DNA of 64,000 nt from a virus, in IMG/VR virus record IMGVR_UViG_3300025133_000060, positions 17,531-81,530 of that record; one strand, 5' to 3'. This document shows positions 58,313 through 64,000 of this stretch, one piece after another. Below the pieces are notes generated by a model. It searched no databases. It was given only the letters and a program-made list of their open reading frames with translations, and was not told where the DNA came from. The first letter of the stretch is position 1. Every line of letters begins with the position of its first letter. A program made the translations under genes and the position numbers.

Positions 58313-58909
58313 TCATTCTTCGGATGAAATGGTTTCAACGACTTCTTCAATATCCTCATCAACCAGTTCGGCATCCAATTCAATATCTATGACCTGAATC
58401 TCTTTTTGAATCACATCTCGGAACTGTTGTAATGGGTCATAGCCAACATTGACCACAACCTGTGGTGCGGCTTCTTGCGCTCCTGTGAACTTATCCATTG
58501 ATTCCTGTGCCTTGAGCAATCCACCCACCATGAATGACACCGAGTTCAGTTTGCTCACCGAGTCGGCCTGTTGATGTGCGCTCTCGATGATGGCTTCGAG
58601 TCGACCCATCGCTCGCCGCCTTCGAGCATATGAATCCAATCGTTGATGCTCAACATCATCCATCTCGGCTTTCGCCACGACCATCCACTTGATGTCGTCT
58701 GCAACAATCTGGCTCTGTCGAATAAGAGTTCTCCACTTTGCTGGCGAGGCGTGAGAGTCAAAGAGGCTATTTTCAACCAATGACCTTCTCACTTCGGCTT
58801 CGGTTTTACCACGAATCAACAGATGTGCAACGAACCGAATCAATGCCTCATCATGTTTGCTCGGCAGTAATTCATCAACATCATCTATACTCTCAATGGA
58901 ATCATCCAT
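58313..58909 (-). CDS. Terminase small subunit-like helical protein
   Basis: N-terminal HTH-like segment, central helices, C-terminal VVVNVG..IDIE; next to long non-coding region. Confidence 0.45.
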   Translation of the reverse strand: MDDSIESIDDVDELLPSKHDEALIRFVAHLLIRGKTEAEVRRSLVENSLFDSHASPAKWRTLIRQSQIVADDIKWMVVAKAEMDDVEHQRLDSYARRRRAMGRLEAIIESAHQQADSVSKLNSVSFMVGGLLKAQESMDKFTGAQEAAPQVVVNVGYDPLQQFRDVIQKEIQVIDIELDAELVDEDIEEVVETISSEE

Positions 58910-58964
58910 ATTGTTATCCTATGTCTATGTGGTTATTCACACTTGCGGAGAATTGTGATTCAGA

Positions 58965-59261
58965 CTATTCGAGCAATTTCACGACTCGATAGTGCGCTAT
59001 CGTTCGGGTTGTCGTCTGTTCTCGGTCAAGGAATCCTTGAACCACATACTCGGTCAGAATCATCGCCACTCGTTGGATTGGTTGGCGTTGAAGAAGTTTG
59101 CTTTTGGTCAATCCTCTCGGCGTTCTAATCTCTTCGATAAACCAATCCAACGAGAACGAATCATCTATCTCCATCAATAGTAAAGCGTCTCTAATTTGTT
59201 TGCGACATTTTGGATTCTTGGTCATCATTCTCACCTCTGGGTTCTCGCTCAAAGAGTGCAT
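58965..59261 (-). CDS. Hypothetical protein (wHTH-like)
   Basis: ILTEYVVQGFLDRE..HYRVVK. Confidence 0.45.
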   Translation of the reverse strand: MHSLSENPEVRMMTKNPKCRKQIRDALLLMEIDDSFSLDWFIEEIRTPRGLTKSKLLQRQPIQRVAMILTEYVVQGFLDREQTTTRTIAHYRVVKLLE

Positions 59262-59535
59262 CGAGTATCACATTCGCCACCCTCACTTTGTTTTCAATCG
59301 AAGCCAGATTGGGTTCCAGTCGCCACGAATCCATCACCCGCATAATTGAATCAATATCTAATCCAGACTTCTCGACAATCTCATCCAATCCCGCTTTAGC
59401 ATTCATTACATTGAGAGCCAAGACTCGGATTCCCTTCTCATGTTTGGAGTCATTGTCAATCGTTTGAATGACCCAAGCCCGAACATCGACATCATTCAAC
59501 CCCACAAGGAATTGCATCAGACTCACGAGAACCAC
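59191..59535 (-). CDS. Hypothetical protein (114 aa)
   Basis: ORF overlapping the MTase end. Confidence 0.5.
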   Translation of the reverse strand: MVLVSLMQFLVGLNDVDVRAWVIQTIDNDSKHEKGIRVLALNVMNAKAGLDEIVEKSGLDIDSIMRVMDSWRLEPNLASIENKVRVANVILDALFEREPRGENDDQESKMSQTN

Positions 59536-61553
59536 TCATCCATTGTGTCTTGAGATATGGCGACACCATCCTTGAAGCCGGTCAATACCCGATTCTTCTC
59601 TTCGGGCAGGTCGACATGAGGAACATGACAATCAACGGCTTCAATTCTCTCACCGAGCCAACGAATGACCGGAACTGCCATCGAGTTCCCACAGGCTTTG
59701 TAGCGATGTCCATCTGGACACTCGGATTCGGGTTTGCCTTTCCATTCGATGCGAGTCCAGTTATCGGGGAATCCCTGCAATCGCTCACACTCCAATGGAG
59801 TCAATCTGCGAACTATCATCTCCCTGCGAATCGCCGGATAACCTTGACCAGCCTGACCACCTTGAGATGATGAGAGTGTTGGGTGCATATCGGCTTCAAA
59901 GACCGCCCCATCTCCCTTCGTTGTGAATGCCTTGACATCGGTGGGTTGACCGACTCCAGCACTCCCACGCACACCCAATGCGTATGATTGGCCATCCTGT
60001 CGATACCCCTTTCCAGCCAACGGCGACTTCTTGTTGTATTGTTCAACATCTTGAAGCGACACAACATCATCCGGTTGAGCAACCAATGTCGCAGCGTTGC
60101 GAGGGTTGGTCTCTTTGGTGATTGTTGGAGTTATCGAACCATCGTTGGGTCCTAATTTGACATAGTGGCTCAAATCCCCATCCTTCGAGCGACTCATATT
60201 TGCTTGGAATGACACCGCATCATCCTCTTGAACAATCGCCAGCCCACCTTGATTGAGAGCAGGATTGGGTTGCATTGTGTCGAGAGTCGGTGCAATCTCC
60301 ACGCCAGATTGTAATCCCGAATCTGGATTTGACGATTTCATGGAGTTCGAGGATTGTGAATCGAACTTGAATATCTCCACATTGGGTTCTTGAGCAATCA
60401 TCGTCTGACCTTTGCCATCGCTCGTGAGAAGTGTTCCAGTCTTTTGACCATCATCGTCAATCAATCGAACTTCATCTCGTGAATTGACAGCCCATGCACC
60501 AGCGGTTGGTGTAGCAACCAATGGTCGCTCATTCCCTGCCATCACGGTCGGTTGGGTGTTCTCCATACAATTCCCCATCTGGGCTGGCATATTCCCTTCA
60601 ATGCCGATGGGCAAGTCGCCATTCATCTCTTGTGTATGTGCAACGAGCGAACAGTCAGATTGACAATGAAGAGTCGGTGCGAGGTTTTTGACAACCGCAC
60701 CCCATTGGTCGGCTTGACTCCCACCAATCCCCCACACTTCATCGTCAATCTCGACTCCAACCAATGCTTTATCGTCTTGACAATTCAATGTCGGTGCGAG
60801 GTCATCGCCGAATGTCGCTCGTGCTTGGCCACCTTCGATTCCGATGGCCTTCACTCTTCTTCGGTCGAGGTCGGTGGATGATTCAAACCATCCTTGCCCC
60901 TCTCCAATGCTCTCTGGAGAACCTTCGGCATTCGCTTGGCGTTTGATTCCAGATGCCTTCGGAGAATCCCCTGACAGGCTATTGGGCTCAAATAATACCG
61001 CTGCGGAATGTCGCCAATCGGCTCCAAGATGTCCAACAACGAACACCCTTCTGCGTCTTTGTGGGACTCCGAAATGTTGAGAGTCAAGAATCCTGTATGA
61101 GACCCCATACCCGCATTCCCCCATGAGTGCGAGTAGGGCTCCAAAATCCCTCCCTCCGTCAGATGACAGGAGTCCTGCCACATTTTCGAGAATGAACCAT
61201 GTTGGTCGAACTGTGTCAACAATCCGGCAGAACTCGATGGCCAAGTTCCCACGAGGGTCATCCAATCCAAGACGCTTTCCTGCAACAGAAAACGATTGAC
61301 ATGGTGAGCCTCCGATAATAAGGTCGATGTCTTTGTCTTTCCACTCATCCCAATTCACCTTTGTAATATCTCCGAGATTCGGAACATCTGGGAATCGTTG
61401 AGCGAGAACCGCCGATGGGAATGGTTCGATTTCACAGAACAATTGTGGCTCCCAACCGAGTGGATGCCAAGCGACTGATGCGGCTTCGATACCGGCGAAT
61501 AGTGAGATGTATTTGAACGGCTTCTTAGGCGTTGAGATGGGTTGGTCGGACAC
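59523..61553 (-). CDS. C5-cytosine DNA methyltransferase with expanded repetitive variable region
   Basis: SLFAGI, GGSPCQSFS, ENV, QRRRRVF, RRLTPLECERLQGFPD, YKACGNS; about 8 PTL-type repeats; GTG start with SD. Confidence 0.93.
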   Translation of the reverse strand: MSDQPISTPKKPFKYISLFAGIEAASVAWHPLGWEPQLFCEIEPFPSAVLAQRFPDVPNLGDITKVNWDEWKDKDIDLIIGGSPCQSFSVAGKRLGLDDPRGNLAIEFCRIVDTVRPTWFILENVAGLLSSDGGRDFGALLALMGECGYGVSYRILDSQHFGVPQRRRRVFVVGHLGADWRHSAAVLFEPNSLSGDSPKASGIKRQANAEGSPESIGEGQGWFESSTDLDRRRVKAIGIEGGQARATFGDDLAPTLNCQDDKALVGVEIDDEVWGIGGSQADQWGAVVKNLAPTLHCQSDCSLVAHTQEMNGDLPIGIEGNMPAQMGNCMENTQPTVMAGNERPLVATPTAGAWAVNSRDEVRLIDDDGQKTGTLLTSDGKGQTMIAQEPNVEIFKFDSQSSNSMKSSNPDSGLQSGVEIAPTLDTMQPNPALNQGGLAIVQEDDAVSFQANMSRSKDGDLSHYVKLGPNDGSITPTITKETNPRNAATLVAQPDDVVSLQDVEQYNKKSPLAGKGYRQDGQSYALGVRGSAGVGQPTDVKAFTTKGDGAVFEADMHPTLSSSQGGQAGQGYPAIRREMIVRRLTPLECERLQGFPDNWTRIEWKGKPESECPDGHRYKACGNSMAVPVIRWLGERIEAVDCHVPHVDLPEEKNRVLTGFKDGVAISQDTMDEWFS
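60851..61348 (-). CDS. Nested +1-frame ORF inside the C5 MTase (165 aa)
   Basis: TLNISESHKDAEGCSLLDILE..IPQRYYLSPIACQGILRR..MPKVLQRAL. Confidence 0.5.
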   Translation of the reverse strand: MSGKTKTSTLLSEAHHVNRFLLQESVLDWMTLVGTWPSSSAGLLTQFDQHGSFSKMWQDSCHLTEGGILEPYSHSWGNAGMGSHTGFLTLNISESHKDAEGCSLLDILEPIGDIPQRYYLSPIACQGILRRHLESNAKRMPKVLQRALERGKDGLNHPPTSTEEE

Positions 61554-61557
61554 AATT

Positions 61558-61953
61558 TCACTCCCCCTTCTTTGTCGTTGTGTGTGTTGGTTTATCAGGC
61601 TTATGCTCCAGCAATTGAATAACTGCTTCGAGATTGTATTCCGAATCGACCAATCCGTTGACAATTGGCGTGAGAACTGATTGCACAATGATTTGTTGCT
61701 CGCCACCCGCACAGATGTTGCGAATCGTCTTGATGTATTCACCCGCAAGAACGCATTCATCCTTGATGGTTTGATTCAAATCGTTGGCTTCTTTGTAGTG
61801 TGGAATCCGACCCAGAACTTCGAGGATTTGATTCATCTCTTGCTTCGCTTGCTCAAGGCAATCTCGCTCATGTTCTTCGGCCAGTTCAGCCAAGTGCGCT
61901 TGCTCTTGTTGCCAGATGGCGTATTCGGTTGGACAATCTGTAATGAATCCCAT
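61558..61953 (-). CDS. Hypothetical coiled-coil protein
   Basis: ATG 22 nt after TTGATAAG. Confidence 0.6.
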   Translation of the reverse strand: MGFITDCPTEYAIWQQEQAHLAELAEEHERDCLEQAKQEMNQILEVLGRIPHYKEANDLNQTIKDECVLAGEYIKTIRNICAGGEQQIIVQSVLTPIVNGLVDSEYNLEAVIQLLEHKPDKPTHTTTKKGE

Positions 61954-61979
61954 AAGTGTCGAGTCGATTCCCACCCTTA

Positions 61980-62873
61980 TCAAATGAACCACTCACCAAA
62001 GGTGGGTGTGTGGGGAATCTGCTCATCGGCTTGAACCAGATGGCCGACAATTTGACTGACTCGCTTCGGAATCAGTTCTGCATATTCACTATTGAGTTCG
62101 ATACCGATGGCGTTGCGACCATGTTTGACGGCGACTCCGAGCGTTGTTCCAGAGCCGGCGAACGGGTCGAGAACCATTCCACCGACCGGAGAACCCGCAA
62201 GAACGCATGGCTCAATCAATTGTGGAGGGAATGTTGCGAAGTGTGCGCCCTTGAATGGCACGACAGGAATCCACCAGACGCTACGCTTGCGGCGAAAAGG
62301 TGTGCCAGTCTTGTGGAACTTTTTTTTCCACTCCAAGAGTCCGGCGTTGCCACCATTCCCTGCACCATAGTGTTGCGTTGTTTTCATGTTGGGTCCTGCA
62401 ACCTTCTTGTTGATGGACTTCTCCTTGATGGCATCAAAGTCAAAGTAATACTTCTTGGACTTGGCCAACAGATAGATGACTTCGTGATTCCGAGAACACC
62501 TATCTCTCGATGGTTCGGGCATGGGGTTGGGCTTCGCCCAGATAATCTCTTGACGCAAGAACCACCCATCCTCTTGGAGTGCCATAGCGACTCGTGCCGG
62601 TATCATCTGCAATTGCTTCTTCACATAGGTGTCGCCGATGTTCAACCAAAGTGTGCCTTCGGGCTTGAGAACTCGTTTGACTGCTCGAAGAATCAGAACA
62701 AGTGAATCAATGAAGTCCTGTGGATTCGATTCGATGCCGAGTTCATCATCACCATCGGTGTATTCACGGAGACCCCAATATGGTGGCGATGTGATGCAAG
62801 TGTCAACCGATTCGGGTTCTATATCGTCAAGTCTATCGAGAGCATCACCAACCAACACCGAGAACTCACTCAT
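61980..62873 (-). CDS. N4-cytosine/N6-adenine DNA methyltransferase (beta class)
   Basis: TSPPY catalytic motif precedes HFATFP and LDPFAGSGTT. Confidence 0.92.
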   Translation of the reverse strand: MSEFSVLVGDALDRLDDIEPESVDTCITSPPYWGLREYTDGDDELGIESNPQDFIDSLVLILRAVKRVLKPEGTLWLNIGDTYVKKQLQMIPARVAMALQEDGWFLRQEIIWAKPNPMPEPSRDRCSRNHEVIYLLAKSKKYYFDFDAIKEKSINKKVAGPNMKTTQHYGAGNGGNAGLLEWKKKFHKTGTPFRRKRSVWWIPVVPFKGAHFATFPPQLIEPCVLAGSPVGGMVLDPFAGSGTTLGVAVKHGRNAIGIELNSEYAELIPKRVSQIVGHLVQADEQIPHTPTFGEWFI

Positions 62874-62899
62874 ACTTTATGAGAGCCAGCCCACCGTTA

Positions 62900-63133
62900 T
62901 CAAACGAGTGGATGGTCAACGGATTTGTCGCCCAACACCCATTTGAGAGTCTTGACCACTCCTTGAAGTGCTTTGAACTGGCGAGCATCATGAACCCATT
63001 CCTTCGACTTGGTGGGATATTGTTGCATCGCCGTTTGATGATAATTCAATTTGAGTTCGGCCTTGCTCAACATCTCTTCGATTTCAATCCAAGTTCGGTC
63101 GTAGGTTCGTTGAGGCTCGGAGCGAATTGTCAT
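62900..63133 (-). CDS. Hypothetical protein (77 aa)
   Basis: Helical ORF ending ALQGVVKTLKWVLGD. Confidence 0.65.
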   Translation of the reverse strand: MTIRSEPQRTYDRTWIEIEEMLSKAELKLNYHQTAMQQYPTKSKEWVHDARQFKALQGVVKTLKWVLGDKSVDHPLV

Positions 63134-63365
63134 CGTTCCAGAGCGGGCTCATACTCATATTTGAATATCGGGTTCGATAGGTATCACTTCAAACCCTTTT
63201 TCGCTCGCTTTTCGGCTTGGTTTTTCAGATAACATTTGCCGCAAATAACACTCATGGCCGTGATTGTGTTATGGCGAGTGATTGGTAGGCGACATTGAGC
63301 GCATTCGTTAGGCATGGGTCATTGACCAGAGGATTCTCATATATGACAATTGGGGATTGAACCAA

Positions 63366-64000
63366 TCAAGTGATGTCAAAAGACAGTCCACCGACATTCT
63401 TTGAGAATCCTGAAATGTAGTATCGAGGTTGACCCATGCCATCATCCAAGACGAACAACAAATCGACAGTAGCACCGGCATGAATAGTCAACATCGTGCC
63501 TTCAACCAATAACACACCGTTGTGATATGTGAAAGGACATGGAACGAGATTCGCATCAATCAGGAATGATGGTGCATCAGTCGGGATGAGTGTGATAGAT
63601 AAATCGGAATCTGGGAGTGTGAGAATTGGGATGGGTCCACCCATCGCAAGCGTCATGATGACATGAGTCAAAGTGTTCGGGAGTGGCATTCCACCCGCAA
63701 CCGAACCCCACACCACATTCGCACCATCTCGACCCGCCGGACCCGCCGGACCCTGTGGGCCTGTTGCTCCCGCCGGACCCGTTGCGCCGGTGGCTCCGGT
63801 GGCTCCATCCGTTCCATCTGTGCCATCGGCTCCATCTGTGCCATCCGTTCCATCTGTGCCATCGGCTCCATCTGCTCCCGCCGCACCAGTAGCCCCTGTT
63901 GCTCCCGTTGCTCCGGCTTCGCCTTGAATGCCTTGACTACCTGTCGCACCTGTCGCTCCATCTGCACCAGCCGAGCCGGTCGCACCAGTAGCACCTGTCG
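63366..64000 (-). CDS. Collagen-like (Gly-X-Y) protein, 5' end outside window
   Basis: In-frame GAT/GAD/GTD/GPA tripeptides from 63998 continue into the 63366-63716 ORF. Confidence 0.85.
   Translation of the reverse strand, partial: TGATGATGSAGADGATGATGSQGIQGEAGATGATGATGAAGADGADGTDGTDGTDGADGTDGTDGATGATGATGPAGATGPQGPAGPAGRDGANVVWGSVAGGMPLPNTLTHVIMTLAMGGPIPILTLPDSDLSITLIPTDAPSFLIDANLVPCPFTYHNGVLLVEGTMLTIHAGATVDLLFVLDDGMGQPRYYISGFSKNVGGLSFDIT

Noticed and set aside
59820-60850. MTase insertion as an intein
   Set aside because: No N-terminal Cys/Ser block, C-terminal HN or LAGLIDADG motif; the region is repetitive and TRD-like
254-63927. Most plus-strand ORFs in the track (e.g. 1394-2029, 45218-45733, 61956-62705, 63673-63927)
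   Set aside because: Antisense shadows of well-supported minus-strand genes, with no promoters or motifs
1-64000. tRNA genes, rRNA, integrase, transposase, reverse transcriptase/DGR, DNA polymerase
   Set aside because: No convincing cloverleaf or catalytic motifs seen; a polymerase may lie outside the window

Overview
This window is a 64-kb segment of a tailed dsDNA archaeal virus (Caudoviricetes, probably a siphovirus since no tail sheath is seen). Most genes are on the minus strand. The archaeal call rests on a PriS-type primase, a PCNA-like clamp, GGTGA-type Shine-Dalgarno sites and TATA-box promoters about 22 nt before mostly leaderless start codons. The gene set resembles marine Euryarchaeota viruses (magroviruses), but the host cannot be proven from sequence. 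Layout: replication/recombination (1-13.2 kb), tail (15-33 kb), neck/head/portal/terminase (38.6-51.3 kb), a non-coding candidate origin or terminus region with a TerS-like gene (56.7-58.9 kb), then two DNA methyltransferases and a collagen-like gene. Three promoter classes can be read directly. The most unusual signal is that several promoter copies drive no credible protein but 60-300 nt highly base-paired sequences, mostly with pyrimidine/U tails (about 22.0, 37.6, 47.2, 49.6 and 54.4 kb). These form a candidate suite of virus-encoded structured ncRNAs that I cannot assign to a known family. Other observations: self-promoted cassettes inserted among the structural genes; a 40-bp G-string palindrome present twice in inverted orientation 43.5 kb apart; a +1-frame ORF nested in the C5 methyltransferase; and apparent near-absence of GATC, AGCT, GTAC, ACGT, CGCG and CTAG. 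All product calls come from motifs read by eye; no database search or folding program was run.
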